Of a DNA stretch of 64,000 nt, positions 1 through 10,004 are shown in pieces. Made by a program: the position numbers and the translations under genes. The notes beneath the pieces are model-generated. The model made no database searches, was not told the origin of the DNA, and saw nothing but the letters and a program-made list of their open reading frames with translations. This DNA is from Patescibacteria group bacterium (GTDB lineage Bacteria > Patescibacteriota > UBA1384 > UBA12157 > JAENIV01), in assembly GCA_049515915.1 (NCBI GenBank), contig JBEKTP010000007.1, positions 2,401-66,400 of the forward strand, written 5' to 3'. Positions within the stretch are counted from its first letter, which is position 1; every line of letters starts with the position of its first letter.

Positions 1-909
1 ACCGATTTTGTCAGTTGAAAGTTGTGGCAGAAGTTCAAGTGGACCGGGCAAACCCGGTGAATTACCCAAATTGAGACTAGGTAGGATTGATGTCTGATTG
101 GTTTTGAAGTCCAAAAAACCGGCAATTTCCGTTGGTCCGATTTGATAAGTTTTATCTTTCGCGTTCACCGTCAAATGGTGGTTAATGAGATCTTTGGTTT
201 TGCCTAAAGCATCATTGGCCATTTCTGTATCAACGGCCGGTTGAATTTCGTCGACAATAAAAGCCATTTTGTCGTCAAACTTAAATCCGCCGATGGTTTC
301 AAGAGCAATCTTTTTATTAGTCGAGAGCGGAAAATCTTGACCAATTTGAGCCGGCGTGACAAAAGGATCCAAACCGTTAAAGCCAATCGAAGCGTTCACC
401 GAAGTTTTGTTGATTTTCTTGGCCATCTCATTTAAGAAGTCGCTGAGTTTTCCGTCATTATATTTGAAAGAGGCAATGGTCTGATTTGAAGAAAAAACCG
501 CGCGGAGTTGTTCGGCCAAAATTTTTCCAAGAGAGCCGCGGCGGCCCACGTCCATCAGGGACTGAACCGTTTGATCGGAGGAACTGGCGTAATCGACATC
601 GAGATCTTGAATCTTCTTCGAAAAATTTTCGCCGTCCCAACTAAATTGAAGCTCTCCGTCTTTGTTGGCCGCAATAAGTTCGGTCAGCTTAGCCGAGGCT
701 TGGGCTTGATTTAACCCGCCGAAGTTAGCCGAACCAAGATAAGTTTTGGGAAAGATTTTATTTTGATAAGACAAATTAAAAATTAAAAAGAGAACCGCCA
801 AAGCGACAATGGCCAGCCCGATTATGGCTAACCCTTTCTTGACCTTGGCATTCTTAAAAATTTTTTCAACTTTCTCTTTTAATTTTTTCTCCCACTTAAT
901 CACTTCCAT
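1..909 (-). CDS. Membrane-anchored PG_binding_4 (YoaR/VanW or L,D-transpeptidase-type) protein, 3' end outside window
   Basis: Not in the ORF track. Manual translation from ATG 909 is open to position 1: MEVIKWEKK...GLAIIGLAIVALAVLFLIF (TM)...YQNKIFPKTYLGSANFGGLNQAQA...LDVDY...VNASIGF. Confidence 0.7.
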   Translation of the reverse strand, partial: MEVIKWEKKLKEKVEKIFKNAKVKKGLAIIGLAIVALAVLFLIFNLSYQNKIFPKTYLGSANFGGLNQAQASAKLTELIAANKDGELQFSWDGENFSKKIQDLDVDYASSSDQTVQSLMDVGRRGSLGKILAEQLRAVFSSNQTIASFKYNDGKLSDFLNEMAKKINKTSVNASIGFNGLDPFVTPAQIGQDFPLSTNKKIALETIGGFKFDDKMAFIVDEIQPAVDTEMANDALGKTKDLINHHLTVNAKDKTYQIGPTEIAGFLDFKTNQTSILPSLNLGNSPGLPGPLELLPQLSTDKIG

Positions 910-926
910 TTTCCCTTCCCTTAAGT

Positions 927-1148
927 TCAATTTCCATTTAAAATCTGTTCCAAAATCGATTTAGCCAACTTTTTTTCCTGGCCAGCGGCCTCGTCCGAAT
1001 CCAAAAAATAGAGTTTCAGTTCACGGCCAGCCTTGACTGATTCCGGAATAAATTCGGCTGGCACGGTAATTTTTTGCCCTTCAATTTCAACTTCAGCTGA
1101 TTTACCTTGCCTACTAATAACTTTACACTCAATTCCATGAATGGTCAT
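927..1148 (-). CDS. Small hypothetical protein, DUF3006-like
   Basis: 73 aa with beta-rich N-terminus, 'ITVPAEFIPESVKAG' and C-terminal 'KLAKSILEQILN'. Confidence 0.55.
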   Translation of the reverse strand: MTIHGIECKVISRQGKSAEVEIEGQKITVPAEFIPESVKAGRELKLYFLDSDEAAGQEKKLAKSILEQILNGN

Positions 1149-1246
1149 AATATTATCTACTAAATTATCAAATTAACATTAAAATGCGAATTTTATCTTT
1201 TTATATTTGAATGCTTTGCGTGTTTTATTTTCGTACTTTAGTAGGT

Positions 1247-3238
1247 TTATCTCAGGAATTTAACTATCAGCAAGGCGACGATGTTTAAAATCTTAATCAT
1301 TGGATTAACTGCCGGGCCGGCCGTGTCTTTGTACGGATCGCCGACGGTATCACCAGTGACGGCCGCTTGATGAGCAAGACTCCCCTTGCCGCCCAAATTT
1401 CCTTCTTCAATATATTTTTTAGCGTTATCCCAAGCAGCCCCGCCAGTCGTCATTGAAATAGCGACAAAAAGACCAGTCACAATTGCCCCCACCAGCATCC
1501 CGCCCAAAGCAATCGGACCCAACGCGAATCCCACGATAATCGGCACCAAAACCGGAATCAAGGCCGGCAGCACCATTTGCCTGATGGCCGAGGCCGTGAC
1601 GATATCGACCGCCCGCGAATAATCCGGCTTGGCTTTACCCTCCATCAAGCCTTTGATTTCTCGAAACTGGCGACGAACTTCCGTGACCACCGCGCCGGCC
1701 GCTTTGCCGACTGCTTCCATACTAAGCGAGCCAAAAAGATATGGCAACAAGCCACCGATAAATAAACCAACGATGAGTCTGGGATTGGAAAGATCGAACG
1801 CCAAGGTACCATGTGATTTTGTCAATTCCTGGAGATAGGCAGAAAACAAAACCAAGGCGGCCAACCCGGCAGAAGCAATCGCATATCCCTTCGTCACCGC
1901 TTTGGTCGTATTGCCGACCGCATCGAGTGGGTCAGTCACTTTTCGAACCGACTCCGGCAATTCAGCCATTTCAGCAATGCCGCCGGCGTTATCAGTAATC
2001 GGGCCGTAGGCATCAATGGCAACAATAATACCCGTCATTGAAAGCATCGAAAAAGCGGCCACCGCGATGCCATATAAACCCGCAAAATGATAGGCTGCTA
2101 AAATGCCCGCCGAAATCACCAAAATCGGCCAGGCTGTCGCTTTCATTGAGGTCGCTAACCCCGCGATAATGTTGGTGCCGTGTCCGGTTACGGAAGCTTC
2201 AGCGATATTTTTGACCGGTCGATACTTGGTCGAAGTGTAGTATTCAGTGATGATCACCATCAGCATCGTCACGGCAACACCAACGAGGCTAGCGAAATAA
2301 AGATGATTAATTGGCGCGATCCCATTCATAAGATATTTAGTGACAAAATAAAAACCGGCGGCGGCCAAGATGGCCGACATCGCCAACCCTTTGTATAAAG
2401 CATTCATTATTTTTTCGCCCGATAATCTGACAAAAAAGGTGCCTAGAATTGAAGCCAAAATGGAAACGCCACCCAAAACCAACGGATAGAAAATGGCATT
2501 TTTTGATTGATAAGTCAAAGACCCCAAAAGCATGACCGCGATGGCCGTGACGGCGTAAGTTTCGAATAAATCCGCCGCCATGCCGGCGCAATCGCCAACG
2601 TTATCGCCAACGTTATCGGCAATGACCGCCGGGTTACGCGGATCGTCTTCAGGAATACCGGCTTCCACCTTACCAACTAAATCGGCACCCACATCGGCCG
2701 CTTTGGTATAAATGCCGCCGCCTAAACGGGCAAAAATACTAATCAGCGAGCCGCCAAAACCCAAACCAATCAACGCTGAAATATCATGAGTGATGGCGTA
2801 ATAACCCGTCACGCCAATCAACCCTAAGCCGACCACCAATAATCCTGTGACTGCCCCACCGCGGAAGGCCATCGAAAGAGCCGGCTTAAGACCTTTGAAA
2901 GCCGCCTGGGCGGTTCGAACGTTGGCCCGAACGGCCACATTCATCCCAATATAACCGGCCGAAGCGGAAAGGATCGCCCCGATGAGAAAGCCGACGGCCG
3001 TTTTATAGCCCAAAGCAAACCACAAAATCGCCGCTAAAATAACCGCGATGACCGCCACGGTTTTATACTGACGATTCAAATACGCTTTCGCCCCCGTTTG
3101 AATCGCCCCGGCAATTTCCTGCATTTTTTTCGAGCCAGGATCAGCTTTTAAAATTTGCCAAATAAGAATAAGACCGTAGATAATGGCCAAGCCCGCCGAA
3201 CCTAAAGCAATTAAGTAAGAGAAAGATGCCGTGGACAT
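1247..3238 (-). CDS. hppA: Membrane-bound H+-translocating pyrophosphatase, K+-independent type
   Basis: Motifs [46 protein letters not shown] (Lys marks K+-independent type) and [10 protein letters not shown]. Confidence 0.97.
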   Translation of the reverse strand: MSTASFSYLIALGSAGLAIIYGLILIWQILKADPGSKKMQEIAGAIQTGAKAYLNRQYKTVAVIAVILAAILWFALGYKTAVGFLIGAILSASAGYIGMNVAVRANVRTAQAAFKGLKPALSMAFRGGAVTGLLVVGLGLIGVTGYYAITHDISALIGLGFGGSLISIFARLGGGIYTKAADVGADLVGKVEAGIPEDDPRNPAVIADNVGDNVGDCAGMAADLFETYAVTAIAVMLLGSLTYQSKNAIFYPLVLGGVSILASILGTFFVRLSGEKIMNALYKGLAMSAILAAAGFYFVTKYLMNGIAPINHLYFASLVGVAVTMLMVIITEYYTSTKYRPVKNIAEASVTGHGTNIIAGLATSMKATAWPILVISAGILAAYHFAGLYGIAVAAFSMLSMTGIIVAIDAYGPITDNAGGIAEMAELPESVRKVTDPLDAVGNTTKAVTKGYAIASAGLAALVLFSAYLQELTKSHGTLAFDLSNPRLIVGLFIGGLLPYLFGSLSMEAVGKAAGAVVTEVRRQFREIKGLMEGKAKPDYSRAVDIVTASAIRQMVLPALIPVLVPIIVGFALGPIALGGMLVGAIVTGLFVAISMTTGGAAWDNAKKYIEEGNLGGKGSLAHQAAVTGDTVGDPYKDTAGPAVNPMIKILNIVALLIVKFLR

Positions 3239-3254
3239 GATACCTCCCCAATAT

Positions 3255-4388
3255 TTATTTCTTATTCAAAATTTCGTTGAAGACGGCTAGTGTTTCTTCG
3301 GCCGTTTTCCGCCAAGAATATTTCTTAATCATCTCCGAACCTTTTTTAATCAGGCTTTGGCGCAAGTTTTCATCAGTTAATACTCTCTCAATTTTTTCCG
3401 CCATCTCGTCCGGTTTTTCAGGATTAAAATATAAAGCCGCCTCGCCGTAGATTTCGGGCAATGACGAGTGGTTCGAAGAGACAACCGCCGTTTTGGCCAT
3501 CATGGCTTCCAGCCCAGGCAAGCCAAATCCTTCATAGAGCGAAGGAAAAACATAACAAGTCGCTATTCGATACCAAGCAGTCAGATCTTCGTCACTAACA
3601 AAGCCTGGCATTATAATATCTGATTTATAGGGAGATTTGTCAATAGTTTCCACCAGTTCTTGATAGTTCGGATCGGGCTTACCAACTAAGACCAATTTAG
3701 CCGGCGTTTTTTTTCTAATAATATCGAAGGCCTTGACTAAATGAGCAATATTTTTATGGGCCCGAAATTGCCCAACATATAAAATCATCGGCGTATCAAT
3801 TTTAAATTGGTTTTTAATTCTTTCGATATTCTTCTCTGATGCATCAACGAAAGTTTTATCATCGGCGGCCAATTTTATGACGACAATTTTTTTCGGATTC
3901 GGATGAAAAACTTTTAAAATGTCGTTTTGGGTATTTTCAGAATCGGTGATGATTTTAGTTGATTTTTTGACGGCGCTTTTTAGAACAAAATTAAAAGCTT
4001 TTTCACGCAAAAACCCAGTTTTCCTCGCCGTTTTCGGGAAAAAGTACAACGTTAGATCATGAATGACGACAATAAATTTACCGCGATATCGAACCGGATA
4101 ATTCGTGTTTAAAAAAACCATGAGGTCGCAATATTCTTTGGCGATAATGTCGGGCATCTTCGTTTGCTCAGCGAGACTGTAGTGGGGAATATCAACTTCC
4201 ACTATTTTATGTTTCTGATTTCGAATTTCGGATTTCGGATTGACCTCTTTGATATCATCGGAGGTCATAAAAAAGACATACCGATTCTTTTTATCGATTT
4301 CTAAAAGATTTTTAATTAAGTTTTGGCTATATCGCCCGATCCCCGCTACCGATGAGCGATACATCCGCGCGTCAATGCCGATAGTCAC
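3255..4388 (-). CDS. GT4 glycosyltransferase (MtfB/WbpY-like)
   Basis: MTIGIDAR, IHDL and [16 protein letters not shown] motifs. Confidence 0.93.
   Translation of the reverse strand: MTIGIDARMYRSSVAGIGRYSQNLIKNLLEIDKKNRYVFFMTSDDIKEVNPKSEIRNQKHKIVEVDIPHYSLAEQTKMPDIIAKEYCDLMVFLNTNYPVRYRGKFIVVIHDLTLYFFPKTARKTGFLREKAFNFVLKSAVKKSTKIITDSENTQNDILKVFHPNPKKIVVIKLAADDKTFVDASEKNIERIKNQFKIDTPMILYVGQFRAHKNIAHLVKAFDIIRKKTPAKLVLVGKPDPNYQELVETIDKSPYKSDIIMPGFVSDEDLTAWYRIATCYVFPSLYEGFGLPGLEAMMAKTAVVSSNHSSLPEIYGEAALYFNPEKPDEMAEKIERVLTDENLRQSLIKKGSEMIKKYSWRKTAEETLAVFNEILNKK
4207..4241. repeat. In-frame heptamer tandem array
   Basis: ttatgtt tctgatt tcgaatt tcggatt tcggatt; encodes [12 protein letters not shown] on the minus strand. 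Confidence 0.75.
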
Positions 4389-4792
4389 ATTACCACCTCT
4401 TTAAATGTCCAAAACTTATTAATCAAAAAATTCCAAAACAGTACAATCAAAGTCGCCAGCGCCAAACCAATAATATCGCGCCAATGAAACCAGGAAACAA
4501 CAAGATACATAATTAAAGTATTTAATCCCAAACCGACTAAAGCAACGACCATAAACTTACTAAATTGATGCAACTTATTGGGATCGTAAGACCTAAACGT
4601 CCAGCGGCGATTCCAGATATAAGAGTTAATAACGGAAACGGCGAATGATACGACCTTGGCGATTAGATAAAAAATCAAGGTAAAGCGGGTCAGCAACAAA
4701 TAAATTCCCCAATCAATCACGGTCGAGGAAACTCCGACAACGCCAAACTTAACAAACTGCCGAACTCCGCGGCGTTTTAATAATGAATTCAT
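4385..4792 (-). CDS. GtrA family protein (putative polyprenyl-P-sugar flippase)
   Basis: 135 aa, 4 TM, RQFVKFGVVG, NSYIWNRRWTF and WNFLINKFWTF. Confidence 0.93.
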   Translation of the reverse strand: MNSLLKRRGVRQFVKFGVVGVSSTVIDWGIYLLLTRFTLIFYLIAKVVSFAVSVINSYIWNRRWTFRSYDPNKLHQFSKFMVVALVGLGLNTLIMYLVVSWFHWRDIIGLALATLIVLFWNFLINKFWTFKEVVM

Positions 4793-4830
4793 ATTAGAAA
4801 TATACCAAAAAACAGGGAAATTTGCCAGAG

Positions 4831-5544
4831 TCAGCGATATTTTCCAAAAATCATATTCTTTTTAATAATAAAAAGTTCGTGAAGTGTCTTAAACGCGGCA
4901 GATTTTTTGACGGTCGTGCGAGTATCATCATACCAATCAACCGACACTTCTTTGATTTGATATCCTTTTTTAATTCCGATCGCCAAGATCTCGACATCAA
5001 AGCCCCAACGGTCGATTGTTTGGCAAGAAAAAACATCTTGGGCAAATTCAGCCGAGTAGAGCTTAAAACCACATTGGGTGTCAACGAATTTGATACCCAG
5101 AGCCACTCGAATCACCCAGTTGCCCATTCTTGAAATTACCCGGCGATAAAAAGGTTGTTTGACTTTAATGGAATCAGCCTTTAAATATCTTGAACCGATA
5201 ATCGCTTGATAATCTTTGATCAATGGCAGAAGTTTTTCGACTTCCGAAATGTCCGTCGAACTGTCGGCATCCATCACTAGACGCCAATCCCCTTGAGCGG
5301 CCAAAATGCCTGTTTTGACCGCGCTACCTTTACCTTTATTAACCTTATGGTCAATGAGGTAAAAGTTCTCCCACCCTTTGATTTTTTCGGTGACAACCTG
5401 ACCGGTCTTATCCGGCGAACCATCGTTGACGACAATCACTTCCCATGAATATTGTTGTTTCGATAAATAACTCCGCACTTTCTCCAAAGTCTTCGGAATT
5501 CTTTTTTCTTCTTGATAAGCCGGCAAAATAATCGATAAAAACAT
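4831..5544 (-). CDS. GT2 polyprenol-phosphate glycosyltransferase (Dol-P-Glc synthase/ALG5-like)
   Basis: SIILPAYQEEKRI, VVNDGSPD, NKGKG, MDAD, DTQCGFK and RWGFDVE. Confidence 0.92.
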   Translation of the reverse strand: MFLSIILPAYQEEKRIPKTLEKVRSYLSKQQYSWEVIVVNDGSPDKTGQVVTEKIKGWENFYLIDHKVNKGKGSAVKTGILAAQGDWRLVMDADSSTDISEVEKLLPLIKDYQAIIGSRYLKADSIKVKQPFYRRVISRMGNWVIRVALGIKFVDTQCGFKLYSAEFAQDVFSCQTIDRWGFDVEILAIGIKKGYQIKEVSVDWYDDTRTTVKKSAAFKTLHELFIIKKNMIFGKYR

Positions 5545-5606
5545 TCAGTTCTCCTCCGCTATTTTATCAGATTCGACAGACTACGCCAACTCAAGCACTT
5601 AGATTC

Positions 5607-5635
5607 TTGACCTTATTCCCTTCTGATGTTAAAAT
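5607..5635 (+). promoter_or_regulatory. sigma70 promoter giving a probable leaderless mRNA
   Basis: TTGACC-N17-TAAAAT, with ATG (5642) 6 nt after the -10 box and no SD. Confidence 0.6.
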
Positions 5636-5641
5636 CAGGCC

Positions 5642-7219
5642 ATGTCAAAATACGATCAAATTCGCCAGCGTTCTTTAAGAAAAATCTGGAAAGCCGTCAT
5701 CAAAACCGTGACTAAACAGTTCATTTTTAATCTGGTAATGGGCGCTGTTGTTTTAGCTTTATCATTTTATATTTATCATTTAGCCGGCAACTACTGGATG
5801 CCACGTCAGCGCCCGACCGGCGATGAACCGCACTATCTCATTATCGCCGAAAGCCTGATTAAAGATCATGATCTCGATTTAAAAAATAATTATGCCCAGA
5901 AAGATTACCAGGCCTGGGGCTATGCGGGTATTACCCTCGACGCCCACGTTTCAGTGAATAGCCAAAACGGTCACCAATACTCGGTCCATAACATTGGCTG
6001 GCCCTTGATTTTTGTCTTCCCTTTCAGCCGCTGGGGTGTCGCCGGCGCGCGAGCCGTTTCAGAGATTATCGGCGCTCTTTTGGCCTTAAATATCTTTCTT
6101 TTTATTAAAAAAATCACCGGCCAAACCAAAATTGCCTGGATTGTTTTTGCCGCCACGGCCTTTTCGATCCCCTTTATCACTTATTCCGTCCAACTTTTTA
6201 GTGAAATTTCGGCCGCTTTATTAATCTGCTATGCCGTTCGAGTTTTGTGGGAACGTTTGCCTAATTTTTTGAGTCAATTTTTAAGCATCGCCGCCATTTC
6301 TTATCTGCCCTGGATTCACGTTAAATATCTTTGGATCAGTTTATTTCTATTTTTGGTTTGGCTATACCTTAATCTATTTCGCAAAAGAGCCTCGGAGGAT
6401 GCCCCAAACGAAGTGCCACAAAGCACGCTGACCCGAACGCAGTTCGAGTCTAGGCTGGCTAAGGCAACCAAAAGTGAGGGGCGACCCCGAGGCTCAAAAA
6501 AACAGCGTCCCGTATTAAGTTTTAATGTTTCACCCATCCTCTTTCTCAGTCTCCTCTATCTTTTCTCCGGCGCTCTGATGGCCTACTTTTTTAAAGTTTG
6601 GTACGGCAGTTACCTACCCAACGCCCAATACCCCGCAGGTATGGCCTTGGTTCAACCCAATCAACTGGGCACGGGCACTTTAGGGCTTTTACTCGACTCT
6701 CATTTTGGACTTTTTCCTTATGCGCCTATTTACATTTTTGGGCTCGCCGGTTTGATAGCCGCCTTTATCCGCGATCGTTTTTTAGGGATTCTTTTGACCA
6801 TCAGTTTCTTGGCCGTTTTTTTACAGCACGCTGGTTCCACCTTCTTGATTGGCTGGGCACCCACCGGTCGTTTTATTGTCACCATTTCACCAATGCTGAC
6901 TGTCTCACTAGGCGTTCTCTATCCTTTAATGAAAACGTGGAATAAAGTGATTTTCTTTTTCGCCGCCGGCTGGGGCATAATGAGCGGTTATTTTTTAATT
7001 ATCCATCCCGGCCTCAACTACAGCACTTCTGAACCAAAATACCTTGAAGCAATAAGTTCAAAATTAATTGATTTTACTCATTTTTTTCCCAAGATAATCG
7101 ATCTAGACCGAGCTCCCGCCACCGTCATTAATGATTGGCCGCTCGTCTTAATCTGGCTTGGGGCTATTGCGCTTCTGACCACCGCCACCCTGGTTTTTCG
7201 AACTAAAAATAAGATTTAA
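5642..7219 (+). CDS. GT-C-like polytopic membrane glycosyltransferase
   Basis: GDEPHY motif after TM1, many TMs, FSE, PWIHVKY and GRF motifs. Confidence 0.75.
   Translation: MSKYDQIRQRSLRKIWKAVIKTVTKQFIFNLVMGAVVLALSFYIYHLAGNYWMPRQRPTGDEPHYLIIAESLIKDHDLDLKNNYAQKDYQAWGYAGITLDAHVSVNSQNGHQYSVHNIGWPLIFVFPFSRWGVAGARAVSEIIGALLALNIFLFIKKITGQTKIAWIVFAATAFSIPFITYSVQLFSEISAALLICYAVRVLWERLPNFLSQFLSIAAISYLPWIHVKYLWISLFLFLVWLYLNLFRKRASEDAPNEVPQSTLTRTQFESRLAKATKSEGRPRGSKKQRPVLSFNVSPILFLSLLYLFSGALMAYFFKVWYGSYLPNAQYPAGMALVQPNQLGTGTLGLLLDSHFGLFPYAPIYIFGLAGLIAAFIRDRFLGILLTISFLAVFLQHAGSTFLIGWAPTGRFIVTISPMLTVSLGVLYPLMKTWNKVIFFFAAGWGIMSGYFLIIHPGLNYSTSEPKYLEAISSKLIDFTHFFPKIIDLDRAPATVINDWPLVLIWLGAIALLTTATLVFRTKNKI
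6387..6495. repeat. 109 bp palindromic (MITE/RPE-like) element inserted in frame
   Basis: Terminal inverted repeats GAGCCTCGG/CCGAGGCTC, nested GCCCC/GGGGC, TGCC/GGCA and GACCCGAAC/GTTCGAGTC, with A-runs on both sides. Confidence 0.75.
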
Positions 7220-7245
7220 CTAAATATTAGCGAACGATTAATTCG

Positions 7246-8844
7246 TTATCTTTTCTTGGTAAAATCCCAGACATACATTGTCCCGCCGATAATTCTATCG
7301 GGGGGATACTTAGTTGCCCAACTCATATCAAAACCGGACGGCGGCACTCTAATTTGTTGAATACAAATCACCACCCATCCGTCCGATGGCGGCGTGTTCG
7401 GTAAAATTTCGGCATTAAGACCATAATAACCAAAAGCATCATAGTTCCAGCAAAGTTCGTAGACTTTTTTAATATTGTTAGCCTTGGCATAATCGGCGAA
7501 ACGAATCATATTTTGATCCCAATCCAAATTGGAATCGGCAATATGAGCGCTCGCTTTGACCACTCCACCGGCAAGAGGATTAAAATAAGTAATATAATTC
7601 GGATAAGCCAAAATCCCGACCAAAATTTGAGCGGCCACCAAAAGGGTTACCACAACACTAATGAGCTTTCCTTTAGCCACGGCCAACCTTGCTATCAAAA
7701 TGAATAAAAAGGGCAAAATAACCAAAATATGCCTAATCCCAATATCAATTCGGGAGGTCATCGCCACCCCCAAGAAAAATAAGGGTGGAAAAATAATTAA
7801 AAACTCTTCAAAAAATTTCCGAGCTGTTTGACGAAAAAATAAAATCGCTAAGATCAATAGGACAAAAACTTCTAGCGGCAGCTTCAAAGCTAAAACTTCG
7901 GGAAAATAATCCCACCAGCCACGATAATCCATTTTGCCGTTAAAATAGCTCCAATGGCCGACCGAATTGTGATTTGAAACCATTTGATAACCGGCCCAAA
8001 ACTTTTCGAAGGGCATGACCAACCATTTGACCAAGCCGGCGTCAACAATATTGGCACGCATCGAAAAAGCGTACAAAATCCAAGTGAGAATAACGACAAC
8101 GACCAACGAAAACATCAGTTGATAAATTTGCCTTAGAGCGGATTTTTTCGGGATAAAAATAACCGCCGCTGCCAAAATAATCGGCAAAATCAGTAATCCC
8201 GAAAACTTAGCTAAAATTGTTCCGGCAAGCGCCAACGAAAACCAAAAAATATTTCTCCAGGTCGGATGAAGTAGCCATTTTCGAAAAAGCCAAAGGGCCA
8301 GGACAAAAAAGAAAACTAAGCCCATATCGGTGGTCGCCAGCCGCCCATGGGCCAAAATATTTGGACAAAAAGCCGTCAAAGTGGCGGCGATAAGCCCGGC
8401 CCGCGGCCCAAATAAAGTTTTCGCCCATAAAAAGACCAAATAAATCAAACCTAAGGTAAGCAAAATGATCGGCAATCTCGCCCAAGCGGTGATTTGTTCA
8501 ACATTATTGCCGCTGTGATACCAAAAATCAGCGGCGTAATTCCACTGGCCACTCCCATAAGGCTGATAATTTTCAATCGGCGTCTTCGGCAATTTGGGCC
8601 GAGCAATTTTGGCCAATAAACCTTCAAGATCATTCAACAAGGGCGGATGTTCGGTGTTGAAAGAATAGTCTCCTTCGAAAACGTGCAAGTAGCCGGCCGA
8701 AATATGAACTTTTTCATCCACCGTAATCGAATCGGTTCGGGCCGAAAAAAACATCAACAGCGCTGATCCTAAAATAATAGCCAAGAGTGCAAGGTCAACC
8801 CAATGCTTTTTTAAATTATCCAAGCAAGCCCCCAAATCACCCAA
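7246..8844 (-). CDS. GT-C (ArnT/PMT-like) membrane glycosyltransferase
   Basis: SITVDEKVHISAG, NTEHPPL, HGRLATTD, AKFSG, GIRHIL and DSNLDW. Start uncertain (TTG at 8823 is plausible). Confidence 0.88.
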   Translation of the reverse strand: MGDLGACLDNLKKHWVDLALLAIILGSALLMFFSARTDSITVDEKVHISAGYLHVFEGDYSFNTEHPPLLNDLEGLLAKIARPKLPKTPIENYQPYGSGQWNYAADFWYHSGNNVEQITAWARLPIILLTLGLIYLVFLWAKTLFGPRAGLIAATLTAFCPNILAHGRLATTDMGLVFFFVLALWLFRKWLLHPTWRNIFWFSLALAGTILAKFSGLLILPIILAAAVIFIPKKSALRQIYQLMFSLVVVVILTWILYAFSMRANIVDAGLVKWLVMPFEKFWAGYQMVSNHNSVGHWSYFNGKMDYRGWWDYFPEVLALKLPLEVFVLLILAILFFRQTARKFFEEFLIIFPPLFFLGVAMTSRIDIGIRHILVILPFLFILIARLAVAKGKLISVVVTLLVAAQILVGILAYPNYITYFNPLAGGVVKASAHIADSNLDWDQNMIRFADYAKANNIKKVYELCWNYDAFGYYGLNAEILPNTPPSDGWVVICIQQIRVPPSGFDMSWATKYPPDRIIGGTMYVWDFTKKR

Positions 8845-9992
8845 AAGATAATCGCCAGATCATTTTTCCAGTACGGCGTGTCAATAAAGCCATAAATTAA
8901 AATGGAAGCCATCATCGCCGCCAAGTAAGGTGAAAATTCCGAACGACGGGCGGTAATTTCTCTAAAAAAGACCACCACCAACACCAAAAAAGCGACGAGA
9001 CCTAAAAGACCGGTCGTAAGATAAAACATTAAATAAATATTGTGGCTGGTGAGCGCCTCGGGCGAGATATATTCGGGAAAATTGACTCGATTTTGCGTCA
9101 GAGTTTTAAAAGCGTTTTGATAATTGGCCAATCCGATGCCTAAAATCGGATGGTCGCGCCCGAGTTCAAGCGACGTCTGCCAAATCTGCCAACGAACATT
9201 GTTGGATGTCACTACCCGTCCGCCGGCTGAACCAGGCAAGCTAAAGTTAGGTTTAAACAAGGTCCAAGAGGTGTAAAGGGCCGCTAAAATCAGAATCACA
9301 ATCATAATTTTCGCCGAGAAACGTTCGCGAATCCAAAACCAGTAACGAAAAATGACAAAAGTTCCCAAACCGCCCGCCACCGCCAGTAACCCGCCCCGGC
9401 TGCCCGAAAGATAAATCCCCACGAGAATAATGACAAAAACCAATTCGGGTAGGATCGAGTAAACCAAGTGTTTCATTCTTGATTGAAATCGGACGCTTTG
9501 AGTGGCCACTAAAACGGCAATCGGCGATAAATATAAGGCTAAATAATTGGGGCTGTAACCGAAGATGCCGACGACTCGGCCATCGGTGGTTACCTGTCCG
9601 CTTAAGCGTTGAATAATGGCGTGGCAAGCCACAAAAAGTCCGGAAAGACTAAAAGCCCAAATAAATTTTTCGAGATCTTCTTTTTTGACGAACTGGAAAA
9701 TCAGCCATACTACCATCATTGGATCAATAAAAAAGGCTTTGAGTTCACCGAGAGCTTCGTGTTTTAAAGGAGAAACTAAAGTTGAAATTATCGCAGCAAT
9801 TAAAAGTAAAACGGCTGGGAGCCAGGCCAACCAGGGAATTTTTTTAAAACCAACTTTCCACGCCTGCCAAAGCCCAATGAGAAAGACGACATAAATAATG
9901 ATTTCCAATAATGTCGTGGGAACAGGCCCAATTGAAAAACGGATAAGATACGCGGGCAAAATTAAGACAATAAAAGAAATTAAATAAGACAT
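8811..9992 (-). CDS. O-antigen ligase-like (Wzy_C) protein
   Basis: RVVGIFGYSPNYLA, SGSRGG, RWQIW, PILGIGLANY and SHNIYL. Confidence 0.9.
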   Translation of the reverse strand: MSYLISFIVLILPAYLIRFSIGPVPTTLLEIIIYVVFLIGLWQAWKVGFKKIPWLAWLPAVLLLIAAIISTLVSPLKHEALGELKAFFIDPMMVVWLIFQFVKKEDLEKFIWAFSLSGLFVACHAIIQRLSGQVTTDGRVVGIFGYSPNYLALYLSPIAVLVATQSVRFQSRMKHLVYSILPELVFVIILVGIYLSGSRGGLLAVAGGLGTFVIFRYWFWIRERFSAKIMIVILILAALYTSWTLFKPNFSLPGSAGGRVVTSNNVRWQIWQTSLELGRDHPILGIGLANYQNAFKTLTQNRVNFPEYISPEALTSHNIYLMFYLTTGLLGLVAFLVLVVVFFREITARRSEFSPYLAAMMASILIYGFIDTPYWKNDLAIIFWVIWGLAWII

Positions 9993-10004
9993 TTTCTTAA
10001 AAAA

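Noticed and set aside
204-714. Short ORFs from the track at the window start
   Set aside because: They overlap the long minus-strand frame 1-909, which the track missed because its stop lies outside the window.
9441-9500. Possible degenerate heptamer insertion in the ligase (QSRMKHLVYSIL)
   Set aside because: The periodicity is too weak to support without an alignment.
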